From contig NC_045697.1 in the NCBI RefSeq assembly GCF_009834535.1, forward strand, positions 103,418,001-103,482,000: a stretch of DNA of 64,000 bases, in the 5' to 3' direction. Of the stretch, positions 39,801 through 54,800 are shown piece by piece. This DNA comes from Camelus ferus. Lineage: Eukaryota. Numbering within the stretch: the first letter of the stretch is position 1; the number at the start of each line of letters is the position of its first letter. The notes under the pieces were generated by a model. It was not told where the DNA came from. It made no database searches and worked only from the letters and a program-made list of their open reading frames with translations. Made by a program: the position numbers and the translations under genes.

Positions 39801-42800
39801 TATAAATCAATAAAAAATGTTAAAAAAAAGAAATCAGCAGTAATTGTGTTAATTTTAGATGGAACATGCTTCAAAGCAAGGAAAATTATTAGGGATAAAG
39901 AAGGACATTCAATAATAATAACGTGGTCAGTTCACCAAGAAGACATGACATAACCATCCTTAACATGTACGTGCCTAACAGCAGTGTGTAAAACTATGTG
40001 AGGCAAAAACTGACAGGACTGCAAGGAGAAACAGATGCATCCATCCCCAGCATTGGAGATTTCAACACCCCTCTATCGGAAATGGACAGATCCAAGAGGC
40101 AGAAAACAGGGAAGGACACAGTGGAGCTCAATAGTACCATCAATCAATTGGTATTTGTAGACAATTTTATTGATATTTATAGACAATTTCATCCAACAAG
40201 AGCAGAATACACATTTTCCTCAAGCTCATGTGAAACAGTCAAAATAGACTGTATCCGAGGCCATAAAACACACCTTAACAAATGTAAAAGAATGGCAATC
40301 ACAGAATGCCTACCCTCAGACCACAATGGATTTCAACTAAAAATCAATAGCAGAAAGATACCTGGAAATGCAAAAACATGGAGATTAAAAAACACACTTC
40401 TAAATAATGCATGGGTTAAAAAAGAATAAAAATATTTTGAACTAAATGAAAATGAAAACAAAACATATCAGAATTTGTGGAATGCAGCGAAGGAGCTCTT
40501 AGAGGGAAATTTGTCATATTGAAGGGTATATATTAGAAAAGAAGAAAGAGCTAAAAATCACTCACCTAAGCTTTCACCTTAGGAAACAGGAAAAGAAGAG
40601 AAAATTGGATCCAAAATAAGCAGAAGATAAGAAATAGTAAGAATAAGAGCAAAACCCAATGAAATTATAAACAAGAAATCAATAGAAAAACTCAGCAAAA
40701 CAAAAAGCGCGTTCTTTGAAAATGTCAATAAAATAGGTAAGCCACTAACCAGGTGAAGAGGAAAAGAAAAAAGACACAGATTACTGTAGGGGAGGAAAAA
40801 GGTTTCCTCAGTCCTTCTAGGATCCCTGGCTGAGTCTGAAAATTAAACTGACAAAGACAATTAACAGGAGGAAAGCATATAAATTTTATTGAACTTTTGT
40901 ATGTATATAATATATATGGGTGACTTCACAAGAGAATAAAGACCTGAAGAAGTGACCAGAGCAGGAACATTTTATACATTTTAGAAAAAGAAACAATACA
41001 TTTGTGAAGAAAGAGAAATTAAAAGATCAATCCTCTTTGCAATTGCATCAAAAAAGAATAAGATACCTAGGAATAATTTAACCAAGAAGGTGAAGGACCT
41101 GTACTCTGAAAACTATGACATCGATAAAAGGAATTGAAGATGACACAAGCGAATGAAAATATAAACCATGTCCATGAATTGGAAGGATTAATATTGTTGC
41201 AATGTCCATATTACACATAAAAAACAAACAGCCCAATTAAAAAATGGGCAGAGGGCCTGAATAGTCATTTTTCCAAAGAAGACATACAGATGGCCAACAG
41301 ACACATGCAAAGATGCTCAGTGTCACTTATCATCAGGGAAGTGCAAATCAAAACCACAAGGTACCACTTCACGCCTAATGTAAATGATAGACTTGGAGTG
41401 ACTATGATGTGTCAATGTTGGTTCATCAGTTGAAACAAATGTACCACTCTGGTTGAGGATGCTGACAGCGAGGGGAGGCTATGTGTAGAAGCAGGGAATA
41501 TGTGGAAAATCTCTGCACCTTCCCCTTGATTTTGCTGTGAACCTAAAACTAGTCTTAAAAGAGAAAGTCTTAGAAAAATCCTACTTGAGGTATGTGGTAG
41601 GCAACAATGACTCCAACATGCAGAGAAATCTGGGTAAGAGATGAAGAAAGAATCATAGAGTGAGAGGGAAATAAAAGACTGACAGTATTCAAGTTCCTGG
41701 TTCCAGTTGTCCCCAGCTACTTCCCTGTATTCCCAGTTTACAAGCCTAAAAGCCATCCTCTTCTGCTTCAGCCATTTCAGGTTGGATTTATAGCAATCTC
41801 CAAAAGCATCAGTAAAATACATGTTACTCAGGCAGAGGTAGCATTACCGACAAACAGGTACTGTTCCCCAACATCTCAAGGGCTGTAAACAATCAGGACA
41901 CCAAGACAAATAGAGCTTCGATTGCAAGGTGAGGTGGCAAGTGTATATGGAGGGAGGTATGGTAATCCAGGAGCTGGGAACCAGATAAGGGAAAGAAGGG
42001 GGCTCTGGAAGGAAGAGGAGAGAAACAGAATGTCTGTTCTGAGCAGGGAGCAGAGAGAGCCAGGGTTGCAAACTCAAGTGCTTACTAGGGCCAGGCGTGA
42101 AATGAGCCAGGCTGCGGGGGTTCAGGGGTGGGAGGTGGAGGAGGTAGGGTCATGCGGAACTCACGCTCCATCTGAAAAGGGCTCCTGGACCCAACAGATG
42201 AAAGCTGTCCCTTCCAGTTTTTTAGGAAAAGCGAAAAATCTAAATTTTGTTGTGAAATGTATTACTTTTAAATGTTGACAACAATTAACAAAAATTCAAA
42301 CACTGTATGAGCCAAACATAACATGTCTGTTGGCTGCCTCTGGGTCTCCGACCTCCAGTGAGAGACTGGTGCTGTAAGCAGAGGCAAAGCAACTCCTGTT
42401 GGTAAAAAGGAGACCTGGAGCAGATGGTTCGTGTAGCAGAGTAGCAGGAGAGCGTGGAGAGTCAGATGGGACCTCAAACCTGTTAACAGGTTATTCATGA
42501 GGAATGTGTGCAGAGCCATATTTTTGGAAGATCTCTTTGGGAGCTGGTTGAAGGATGAGTCAGACATGGGAAAGACCAGAGGACTGTTTTATATAAAGAT
42601 ACGATTTTGAGGAATTGGCACTTTTGTGTTTTTTATTGCAAATCGGGGTCAAGTTATTTTCAGGTGAAAACAGGGCTGATCTGTTTGTCACCTCCTGACA
42701 GAGCAGTTTTGAAATGACAGGTGATGGAGTGGGAGGTGAAGGGGAAGATTTACATTGACCAGCACTTGGAATCTAATGAAATTCCCGCTGGTTCTTTCTA

Positions 42801-45800
42801 GACTTTCTGCAAAGTCCTTCTTTGATGTCAGCCACTGAGTCTCCTTCTGTCTCAGCTCTGTTCCCTTCCATCACTCTGTACGTAATCCTCTTGCCAAATA
42901 GAGTTGTGGTAGTCATGGAAGGCACCACCCAGATCTCCCTTCTAAAGACAATCTGCCATGAGTTGAGTTAGCTGACATCCTCCAGCTGCAGTGTCCCCTG
43001 GGATCTGGCCCAGGGCACATGCTGATGTCATGCTCTCCACTGGCTGCTCCCAGCCAGCCACCAAAGATGGCACAAGTTCTAGGGCTGGTCATTTTGCCCA
43101 GCATGGGGGTCTTGTAGTGGCCACTATTTACCCTCTGCCCATTGAAATTCTCTCAGAGCTGCACTTCAGCTGGAACCTCCTCCTACCCAACCTTCCTTTC
43201 TTCCCTATTTCCTTTCATTGAGTCAGATGTGCATCATGGTCTGAAGGTTTTCCCTGCCTACTCTTGCTTCCTCACCCCTATATCGTCTTCCAATAAATCT
43301 TTTGCACTGCTAATTCCATCTTAGTGCCTGCTTCGCAGAGAACTGAACTGACACAGTTGTACCAAGAATTAGTCCAACAAGTGAGGTGTTTAGAGGGGCT
43401 TGGGGACTGGACCATTCACTGTCTGGCTAGCAAATAAGACCCCCGCTTCAAATGGAATGGGGGGTGTGGATCATCTTGGGCACAAGATGGTGGCTTAATT
43501 GCAAAAACTTTTACTGGTGGTAACCTGGGAAATCAGGCCATTGGAAGTTATGAGATTATACTTGGTTATATTACATTTGATTGCATTTGGCTGTATAGAT
43601 TATATTTGATTATATATAACCAAATGCATTATATTTGGTTATCATATTTATGTAGTGAGGTTTCTTCATCTGCAGGAAAGTATTTCTAGTCTTTGTGAAT
43701 ATTTGGTCTTTGAGAGTGTTTGGATGGATCTGGTGCCTATTCAGTATTCATTAGTCCACAAAAAAAAAAAAAAAAAGAGAGAGAGAGAGAGAGAGAAAGT
43801 TATGAGAGGAATAATGTGTACAAAGACAATGGACTTAGTAAGGTTTTACTAAGTTGTCCTATGCTCTGCAAAGGGATTATGAAAGACAAATATAGGTAAA
43901 AACCATGTGTAAAAGAGAAAAAAAATTTTTTTAACTGAAGAAGAGATTTGAATAGATACTTGCCCAAAGAAGAGATATGGTGGCAAAGAAACACATAGAA
44001 AGATGTCCAATACATGAGTAATTAGGGAAATGCCACTTAAAAGCAGAATGAAATAGAACTATAAACCTATTAGAATGGCTCAAATTAAAAAAATACAGAT
44101 AACTCAAAGCCCTGGCTGAGCTATGTAACAACTGTAACTCTCAGAGATGGCCGATAGGGAGGTAAATGGTTACAGCCACTGTGTCAAAGTTTGGCAGTTG
44201 TTTTATAAACTTAAACACACACATTATCACATGACCCAGCAATCCCACTTCTAGCTCTTGACTTAGGAGAAATGAAAATATGGCCTTTACGTAAAGACCT
44301 ACATGTGAATATTTTCAGCATCTTTATTCATAATCACCCCAAAATTAGAACAACCTAAGGATCCATCTGATGAGAAACGAATAATTAAATTAGGCTACAT
44401 CCGCACAACGGAATACTCTTCAGTGATAAAAAGGACTGAACTACTGATACGTGCAACAACATGAATGAATCTAAATACATTATAGTAAGTGAAAAAAGCC
44501 AGATGCAAAAAACCTCATGAATGATTCCATCTATATGACCTTTTGTAAAAGTCACAAGATGGAAATCAGATCAGTGGTTTCCAGGGGCAGGAGTTGGGGA
44601 GGAGAAGACTGATTACAAAGGGACATGATGAGAGAGTTTTGGGGGGTGATAATAATAGTGATATAATATAATAATACGGTATAATATAACATAATAATAA
44701 TATCTCAGCTGTGGTGGTTGTTACATGACCCTATACGTTTGTCAAGACTGATCACACCACTCATCTAAATTTTACTATATGTAAAGTTTACCATAATAAA
44801 GCTGAATTAAAAAAAGAAAGGCTACGTATGAAAGCCAGAGGCCTTTGGGTTAGCTTACAGAGATGCCCTTTGTCTTTGGCAGTGGACAGTGGACACAGCA
44901 GAGGAGTAAAGTCAGCACCTAATGGGATCACAGAACTATAAAGATAACTGAAGGGTCAGGCAAGGCAGCTCTGTTATGCTCAGGGTGAGAAAACCTGGGA
45001 CCCTGAAACATGGAATGGAGACATTCGGTGAGTGCCCCCCAAGATGGTGGGTTTGCAAATTTGTCCCACCCCTCCACACCAAGAGCTTGTACCCCATCAG
45101 GTGGGAAGACTGCAGAGGCCTCTTTCTGTCAATATAACAAATGACTGCTCAGGACACCACCTCTTCTCCTGGTGCCAGGTGTGTAATAGGGCTGCTAAGG
45201 ACATGCTGGGCCTGATGAGGGGAGAAAGAGATTACGTCCCAAAGGGGCGGAAGAAATAGCCAACAAGGACTGGCAGGAGCCAGGGGGAATACTCACTGAA
45301 TATGATGTTGAGGTTATTCTACCAAAGAGACCAAAACAGAAGACTGGATAAGTAAGAGTTCATTGCCTTTGGAACACCATCATGGGATGTTGGATTTAAC
45401 ACCTTGGCAAGGACACTAGGATGTAAGGCAAATGTGTGAGTTGGGTGTCACTTAGAAACATAGAGAAATGATAACCCTACCAGGAAGTATGTGCCATGGA
45501 AGAAGTTCTGAATAAGCAACTAGAAAAAATGACTTGGTGAGTCAATGTGGCCAGAATCAGCATGGCTGGCACATGAATGAAGCAGCCATGGAAGCAAAGA
45601 TGACAGCTACATATGTGCCCAATAGCATGATCTGCTATGATCTCTAGTTATTGTTGCCTCTGAATGTCCAACCTCTAGCAAAGGATACCAGTGCTGAGCC
45701 TGCAACAAGGAGCTCTTCTTGAGAGACCTAATTGCCACTTGGTGGCAAGTTAACTACATTGGGTCCTTTCCAGGGTGGAATCTGATTCATTCTCCCTGTA

Positions 45801-48800
45801 ATAGACAGCAATTCCAGAATGAGTTTGCATTACCTTTCCGCAGAGCCTCAGCCTGCACCACTGTTTGGGAGCTTAGGGAATGCCCGACCACAAGTCTGGA
45901 ATCCCACACAACATAACACACAACAGGAGACACAATTCACACTAAGGGAGGCCCAAGACGATCGAGTCTATTTGATGTGCCATATACCACACCACCCAGA
46001 AGCAGCCAGTCTCAAAAAGCACTGGAACAACCTTCTAATTACCCAACATCAATGCCAGTGCCAATACAATACTTTGCAAAAGTGGGTGTCATCCTCCAGG
46101 ACTCAGGGTGTGCACTGAATCAGAGACCTCTGTAAGGAACTGTGAACCCAACGAGAAGAATGCATGGGTCTAGCAACCAAGGGGTGGAAGCAGGAATATT
46201 TTCATTTCTACTGTCATTTCTTAGCAACTTATTATCCTTTCTAATGAATCACAAGGGACATTTTGCTTTCTTGACAGCATGGATGTGGCCTCTGCAGGGT
46301 TACAGCTCCTGGTCCCCAAGGGGGCACATAGCAAAGTTCCATCGAACACAAGTTAAGTCTGCCTCCAGGGCACCTTGGGGTCACTGTCTCCAGGGACTAG
46401 CCAGTGAGAAGTCATCTTCTGGGCAGGGATCATTGATCTTGACCAATAAGATGAAGCAAGATCATTTTTCTCCAGTGGGTGCAGGTGCACTGTGGGGCGT
46501 CTCCCTGGGGGTCTCTTAGTACTCCCGTGCCCAGTGGTACTGTGAAAGGACGTGCATGGCAACCCTGGCCAGAGAACGGGTTGATTACCTGGGCTCAGAC
46601 CCCGCAGGAATTGTCTGGGTCACATCACCAGGTAAGTCTTCACCACTTGCAGAGGTACCAGCCGAGTGTGAAGGGAATTTAGAATGCATGATGGAGGAGG
46701 GAGAAAATGAGTACCAGTTGCAACCCCAACCCCCACTGCGGTGATGGGGCTGAGGTTCATGCCACTAACCTCCTTCCTCCGAGTTTATCCCCAGGAAGCA
46801 AAACCCACAGTCCTCGTAGAAGAGTTGTTCCATGACCTCACGTAGAGAAGTGGATCCTGTAGATGAACTTCAGTGGTCATGGATGTGTGAGCTCAGATCT
46901 CCCTTTGAGAGAGCCTGTTGCAAGGAGTGTAGTTAGGTGATGATCTGCAGCTGCAGAACCTTCTGGATCCCATGCAACATTCACACATACAGAAATCACG
47001 TTTTCGTGATGGTCTGAGAGTGGCAGGGGTACCATAACCTGGCCATTTCTGCCCAGTGCAGGAGTCTTCTCGTGGATGGTCTTGGCTCTGTGGTTCCCTG
47101 TTGGGTTGGTTGAGACTTTCTAAGAGCTGCCCCACATTGCGAGGCTCTCCTCCTCCTCCTCCTCCTCCTTCCTCTTCTTCCAACTGAAGACTAGTTGATT
47201 TACAATGTTGTGTTAGTTTCTGGTGAACAGCACAGTGATTCAGTTATACATATATTCCTACCCCACCCTTCCTCCATCTCTCTCCTTTTATAGGTGTCAG
47301 TGCTACATCACAGTGTGAAGGTTCTCCCTGCCTACCCCTGCTCCCTCTGTCCTTTTAGTAGCATCATGGTAACCCCAACGGGGGAAGGAGTCTCTTTTGT
47401 TGGGCAAATGCCTGTATAGAATTTGGACTTCTAATGGGATCAGGCATAATAAAGACGGTACTTCCCCCAGTAAATCTCTTGTATTTCTTTCTCATCCTGT
47501 CTTGGCACCTGCCTCCCAGAGGGAGGACTGACAACCACTCTTTCTTATACTACAAAATTAAGAACTGAAAGTTAATATTTCTCCACATTTTAACATTAAG
47601 AATGCCTATGTCATTGAAACTGAGAGAAAGAGTTCATTTACAGCAATAAGACTGTTTTTATTTTAGCCAAGAGCCATCCCATCAAGTGATTGCACATGTG
47701 GTACATCTGCTCAAATTTCCAGACCCCCAAACAAGCAAGTTTTAATTTATTTGTTTAGGTCTCTTCAAGTTTTGTTAATTTCCACAACTCCTTATCCTGA
47801 AACATCCAAGTCAATTTTTCTGCTCCATCGTCTGTTAAGAAAAATTCAAATTTCTATTGATTGAGAAGGAAACTGTAACTATAAAAACACAATCTGACAG
47901 CTTTGAAGGGACTATTATGCTTAAATGGTTTTGAATGTTTTCATTTCATCTCCTAACCAGATTTTATGCAAACGGAGAATAAGGTCTACACCTTATATTT
48001 CAATATCCCTCCCAGGCACTCTGTGCTTAACTAGTTTTTAATAAATAGCTTTAAAAAAAAAAATCTCTTCCTTGCCCTCCTTTCTTTCACCACCACCCTA
48101 GGATAATGGCCATTATTCCTCTTAGAGCCAAATCATCCCTTCCCTTGTTTTTCTTCTCCTAACATGCCTAAATATTTAAAGTTATTGTTTTTTAATTATA
48201 AAAGCTAATATGCTAACTGAAAAAAGGGAAATCATAAACCCTTCCATTCTCACCCCATGAGTAAGCAGTGGTTACAGTGTGGTCCAAAATGGTCAACCTT
48301 GTTCCTATGCTTGCCCAGAAATGCAGAAACAGACACTTATTTGCGCTATGTGTTTTGTTGACCAAAAAAATCACAATTAAGGAACTTGATTTTCTCATTC
48401 CTATATCTTAGTATGGAAACTATGGCTCATTTTACTTAAAACTACATCATATTTCCAATTACTGGCCAAAGCACAATTTATTCAGTTTGTGTTTCTCCAA
48501 GTTCTAATGACACTGAGCATATTTTCATAAAATGGATAGTTATTTCTCTTCTGTGAATTGCTTTTTCATATTCTTTATTTCTTACTTTTAAATCTCTAAG
48601 CCAATGGAATCTTATTTTTTGTGTACAGTGTGAAATAGGGGATTTATGTTTGTTTTCTTCCAGATTGATGGCCAGTTTATAGCATCATTTCAAAAATAAA
48701 TCAACCTTTTACCTCTGAATTGAAATATCACCCTTTCCATAAGTTTTCACATACACTTGTATTTATTTTGGGATCAATTTCTAATCCACTGATAAATTTT

Positions 48801-51800
48801 TCTATCCTCCTTTTAAGGTGGTTTTGATTACAAGATACGTGTTAAGATTTGGTAAGGAATTTCTCCCTGTCACAAGCCTTTATTTTTACATTTTTCTTGC
48901 CTATTCTTGGACATTCATTTATTTTTTATGTGAACTTTAAACTCATTTAATCCAGTTTTATAAAATAATTCAAAGTGATTCAAATAGAAATTGCATCATA
49001 GTTATATATTGATTTTTTAAGTTGAAGTATAGTTGACTTAAAATGTGTTAGTTTCAGGTGCACAGCAAAATGATTCAGTTATACACAAATATAAATAAAT
49101 TCTTTTCCACTATAGGTTATTACAAGATATTGAATATAGTTAGTTCCCTGTGGGATATAGTAGGTCCTTGTTGTTTATCTATTTTATGTATAGTAGTGTG
49201 TATCTGTTAGTCCCAAACTCCCTGTTTTATCCATCTCCTCTTTCCACTTTGGTAACCAGAAGTTTGTTTTCTATGTCTGTGAGTCTATTTCTATTTTGTA
49301 AATAAATTCATTTATGTCTTTTTTAAGGTTCCACACATAAGTGATATTACATATTTGTCTTTCTGTCTGACTTACCTGGTTTAGTATGATAATCTGTAGG
49401 TCCATCCATGTTGCTGCAAATGGCATTTTATTCTTTTTAATGGTTGAGTAGTATTCCACTGTATAAATATACCACTTCTTTATCTATTCATTTGCCAGTG
49501 GGCACTTAGTTTGCTTCCACGTCTTGGCTATGGTAAATGGTGCTGCTGCAAACATTGGGGTGCAAATGTCTTTTTGAATTAGAATTTTTGTCTTTCTGTA
49601 TCCATGCCCAGGAGCAGGATTGCTGGATCATATGGTAACTCTATTTTTAGTTTTTTAAGGAATTTCCATACTGTTTTCCACAGTGGCTGCACTAATTTAC
49701 CTTCCCACGAACAGTGTAGAAGGGTTCTTTTTTCTCCACAACCTCTCTAGCATTTATTATTTATAGACCTTTTGATAGTGGCCATTCTGACCTGTGTTAG
49801 GTGATACCTCATTGTAGTTTTGATTTGTATTTCTCTAATAATTAGCAATGTCGAGCATCTTTTTATGTTCCTGTTGGCCATCTGTATGTCTTCTTTGGAG
49901 AAATGTCTATTTAGGTCTTCTGCCCATTTTTTGACTGGGTTTTTTGTTTTTTTGATATTGAGCTGTATGAGCTGTTTGTATATTTTGGAAATTAATCTCT
50001 TGTCAGTTACATTGTTTGTAAATGTTTTTTCCCATTCCATATTTTATCTTCTTGGTTTATTTATGGTTTCCTTTGCTATGCACAAGTTTGTAAGTTTGGT
50101 TAGGTCCCATTTATTTATTTTTGCTTTTATTTCTTTTGCCTTGGGAGACTGATCTAAGAAAATATTGCTACAATTTGTGTCAGAGAATGTTTTGCCTATG
50201 TTCTCTTCTAAGAGTTTTATGGTGTCACGTTTCATATTTGTCTTTAAGTCATCTTGAGTTTATTTTTGTGTATGGTGTGAGGGAGTGTTCTAACTTCATT
50301 GACTTACATGCGGCTGTCCAGCTTTCCTAACACCACTTGCTATATATTGATTTTTTTAAAAATGAACATGAACACTGCCTGGAGCAGTGATATGCCTCTC
50401 CACTTGTCCAGAAGTTGTTTTCTGTCTTTAAAAAATATTTCATAGTTTTTTTCTATAGGTAATATTCTTTATTATTAAAAAAAAATTCTTACCTGTTACT
50501 GTCATCATTTATCATCATTTTTAAGAAGATATTTTAAATTTCAAGTTTCTTTCTTAAATATTTAAAATATGTATAAAAATATAGAAATTAATATTCAAGG
50601 AAACAAGTGCCCTCCTCTCATACTTATTAGATTTTAACATTTTGGCATATTTAAGATGTCCTTATTTAATACATAAAGAAAGAAAGAATGTGGTAATGTT
50701 CTTTCATCTTCACTCTTTCCAGAGATGTCATTACTGTCCAGAACTCAATGTGTAGGATTTCCATGCATGTAAACTTTTGCTACCTATGTAAGTATCTTTA
50801 AATAATAGGTAATGTTTTATATGTTACAATAAGTGAGATTTTAAAAAAATCAGTTTCTACCCATGACTAGTTACTGCTGGTATTGAGAAAGGTCAATGAT
50901 TTTTGTGTGTTTATCTTAATTTGAGATGTTTATCAAATTCTTTTCATTGTAGGAGTGGTTTTTTTTAGAATCTTAGGGTTTCTTTGCTCACAGTCTTAGC
51001 AAATGCAAATAAATACAATCTTATCTTTCTTTGGTGTAATATGCATACCAATTGTTTCATTTTCTTTTCTGCTTAATTAGGTAAATGTTCCAAATAATGT
51101 TGACTAATATTGTTCACATTTTGTGCAGAGCACAGCTAAATGGTTCACAAAATGTGGTCCCTGGACCAACAGCATGAGTTATCTCCTGAGAATCTGTTTG
51201 AAATATTAATTCTTGGGTCTCATGGCAGACCTACTAAACTAGAAACTCTGAGGGTGGGACCCAGCCCTCTGACACACACAGAAGTTTGAGAACCACTGGT
51301 CTGGAGACCAGTGCAGAGCTCCATCAGGCTGTTATTGGCCTTATCTTTTTTATTTTTTAAATTGTTTTCTTGATCCCAATTTTTCCACCAGTTATCACTC
51401 CATTTCTTTTCTTGTTTTAGGAAAAAAACTTTCCAAAAGAGTTGTCTGTCTCCAGCTCTTCTCTTCCCAGTCTTTCTTCAAGCCACACTAACTCGAGTTT
51501 CTATCCACATGCATTGTAACTGCTCTTGTCAGCTCTGTAATGATCTCCATGTTGCTAAATCTAATGACCAGACAGAGGCATCTGACAGTGCTTGTAACTC
51601 CCCTTTTTCGATATACTTTCTTTTTCTTCTAGGACATCATTTTTTTTTTTAGGGTTTTCTCCTACTTCTTGGCTGCTTTATATCAGTTTTTTGTTAGTTT
51701 CTCTTTTCCTTCCTCACCTTTAATGTTGGAGTGATCAAGGACTGAGCAACCAACCCTTTTCTATTCTCCATCTCACTCACTTCTTGGTAATCACATCTTA

Positions 51801-54800
51801 CTGCTTTAAAAGCCACTATGTTCAAGTTGACCAACTTAGCGAATATGAATAGAGGATGGACAGTGAAATTTAAATTTCAGATGAACAAAAAATAATTTTT
51901 AATATGTGTTCCAAATATTACATGGGACATGCCATATTAATTATAATTATATTAATATTATAGGTATTAATTATTAACAATAATCATAATAGTTATATTA
52001 AGGAATTAATTACATGTCCCAAGCATATTTGGGACATACCTATACTAAAAAATTGCTTGTTGTTTATCTGAATTTCCAGTTTTTACTAGGTGCCTATATT
52101 TTATCTGAAAATCATAATCTATGAGCCAAGGAACCCCCAAATTATACCAGTAGCCCAGATCTTTCTTAAAAACTCCATAAATTGATAACAATCTATGTCT
52201 CCACTTGGATGGCCAATAAACAGTTCAGATTCAACATGATGCAAATTGTACTCCTGATAGTCCCCATCCCCAGATCTGCTCTCCCTGTAGCCTTCCTTTA
52301 TCTCGGTTGAAGGCAATGCCTTCCTTCCAGTCAATTAGGACAAACACTTGGGGCCATGATTTCCTTCTTCCCTTTCTCTTACAACCCACGTGCAAACAGT
52401 CAAGAAGCCATGTTGGTTCTACCTTCAAAAGGTCTCCAGATTCTAACCATTTCTCACTGCACTCCACCACCATCCTGGTGCAAGCCACCATCATTTCTGG
52501 CTTCTGATAGCCTCCTAACTGTTCTCCATTCCCTGCTGCCTGCCCCTTTTTCTGCTACAGTCTGTTCTCATTTCAGAGACTAAAGAGATGCTTCTAAAAT
52601 GTAAGTCAGATATTCCTCTTCTGCTCAACCCCGTCTCATAGCTGTCTCTCTCATGCAGAATAAAAGCTGCACTTTTTTCAATGCCCTGCCAGATCCTACC
52701 TATTCCAACCCTTGTTTCTTCTCTAATATTACTTCCTATTACCTTCCCTTCACTTACACTCTTCTAGCCATACTGGCCTCCTTGTTCCTTCTAGGCATGT
52801 TCCCACCTAAAAGCCTTCTGCTGGCTGTTTCCCCTTGTCCCAGATAGTCACATGCTTCACTCCCTCCCCTCCTTCAAGTCTTTGCTCAAATGTCACCTTC
52901 TCAGTGAAGCCCACACTAATCACTCTAAATTTGTGATCTACCCCCACACACCCGCGTATCTAATATTCCTCACTCTACTTTGATTTGTCCATAGTGCTTC
53001 TCATTTTAACACAATGCAGCATATGCACTATGTTTACTAATCGGTATCTGTTTCTTCTCCCTCACTCTAGCCCAAAATGATTAAAGGAATCAAAGGGAAG
53101 TTTCTTCTTTTCTTTCTGTGAGTGGACTTGCCAAATACTCCTTACATCTACTTCTTTCTGAATATATTATCTTAATACCATTAAGATCCTTTAATTTAGC
53201 TTGCCCCCCACTTCCCAGCAAGATACTGCAATCCATTCAAAGAAATAGGTGCTGAAGAGTTTTTATCTCAGACGAGTATTGTGGATGCCCAATGACCTCA
53301 AGATTAGGTGATGTTCAATACATCTGGCTCCAGCCACATTAGTATAGACCTATAGACATTTCTTTACAGAAATTTATGTAAAATTATATACACTCCACTG
53401 CAGAATTTGTGTCTTACTTTAAAAGCCCATAAATGCCTAACTATAGGGTTTTTCACTAACAGGGTATTTCAGCAAATTAAATGTTATGAGGCAATGTTTT
53501 ATGCAGTGCATGACACATGGTGGGTCCTTCACAAATATGTTTAGATCCTCTCACAGTCTCTGTTTCTTAAAATGTACTACTTATTTAATCTAACACCTTT
53601 TTCCTAAGAGCTCTTGGCTCAGCAGAGCTCAGGTGAGTTTATAGCTATTACACCATTAATTCAACTTATGAAGTCTAGTTACCAACCACTATTACCCTTA
53701 TTTTGTGGAAAGGGAAAGAGAATTACATGTAAGTCAAAGTGATTTGCCCTAACTTTGATGTGTCATTGTCACAGGGTTTCTTCCCATCAATTCTTGGTAC
53801 CTCAAAAAGCCAATATTTGGTTGCAATTTCATGAGAGCCTTTAAGTGAAACTAGCTGTAAGAAATCAGCCTAGCAAAAATATTTTATATTTATTACACTT
53901 CCCTTGGACCCTTGAGATTCAGCAGCTCAGTAATGGAGAAGTGAGCAGTAAATTCTGAGGTTCATTTCATGCTGAGTGAAATGATTGAAGTCAACAGTCA
54001 TTAAAGGTGATGAAAGTGACAAATTCTGCTCCGTATTTCAACTGTTTATCGTCACTGCTTATGCTCATCAATCAGCAAATTAAAAGATAGTGCCTGTATT
54101 GATATTGCTATTCATTCAAATCATTTATTTAACCACTCTCATAGACTATTCACATAGTAAAAGGGAGTTTTTTTTTTTAAACTCCACCAAATTTATAAAA
54201 GAGAGAAACATAAATCTAATTCAGCATGTGAGCTGCCTCGCAAATTACCTTTCTAAGAGCTCTGAATGAAAGCTATGAATATTGGCTCCACGAGGAGTTC
54301 CCAAACCTGCCCACATCTGAATCATCTGATTCATTAGATTTAAAAAAGCAAACAAACAAAAAAGCATGAACTCAATCTCCAAACATCCAGATTCAGTAGG
54401 TTTGAGCTGGTGGTTCAGGAAATCAGTATTTGAAAAACATCTCTCCCCTGAATTAGTTGTAAGCTGGGTTGGGAATCACTGAGTTAAAGAAATAGACTGT
54501 TAGAATGAAAAGAATTGAGAGTTCGAGATTTTCAGATACTAACTAATATATACGAAATAGATAAACAATGAGTTCATACTGTATAGCACAGGGAACTATA
54601 TTCAGTATCTTGTAGTCACTTATGGTGAAAAAGAATATGAAAACAAATATATGTATGTTCATGTGTGGCTGAAGCACTGTGCTGTACACCAGAAATTGAC
54701 ACAACATTGCAAACTGACTATACTTCAAAAAAAATATATATACAAAAAAAAAAAAAAAACAAAACCCAGAAAAGAGAATGAGCTTGAAACTTCTCACCAA

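Larger units (their letters stand above)
37305..41580 (+). mobile_element. Long decayed L1MC-type element: 5'UTR, ORF1, ORF2 endonuclease region, deleted middle, L1MC 3' end; carries nested inserts
   Basis: ORF 39998-40429 gives [14 protein letters not shown]...[14 protein letters not shown]...SDHNG (L1 EN motifs GDFN, SDH); ORF1-like [10 protein letters not shown]; 3' end ttttgctgtgaacctaaaac. Confidence 0.92.

Noticed and set aside
39998..40429. 143-aa ORF with endonuclease motifs
   Set aside because: Decayed L1 ORF2 fragment flanked by stops and frameshifts; not a host gene
49271..50330. Cluster of ORFs on both strands
   Set aside because: Broken L1 ORF2 C-terminus and its antisense shadows
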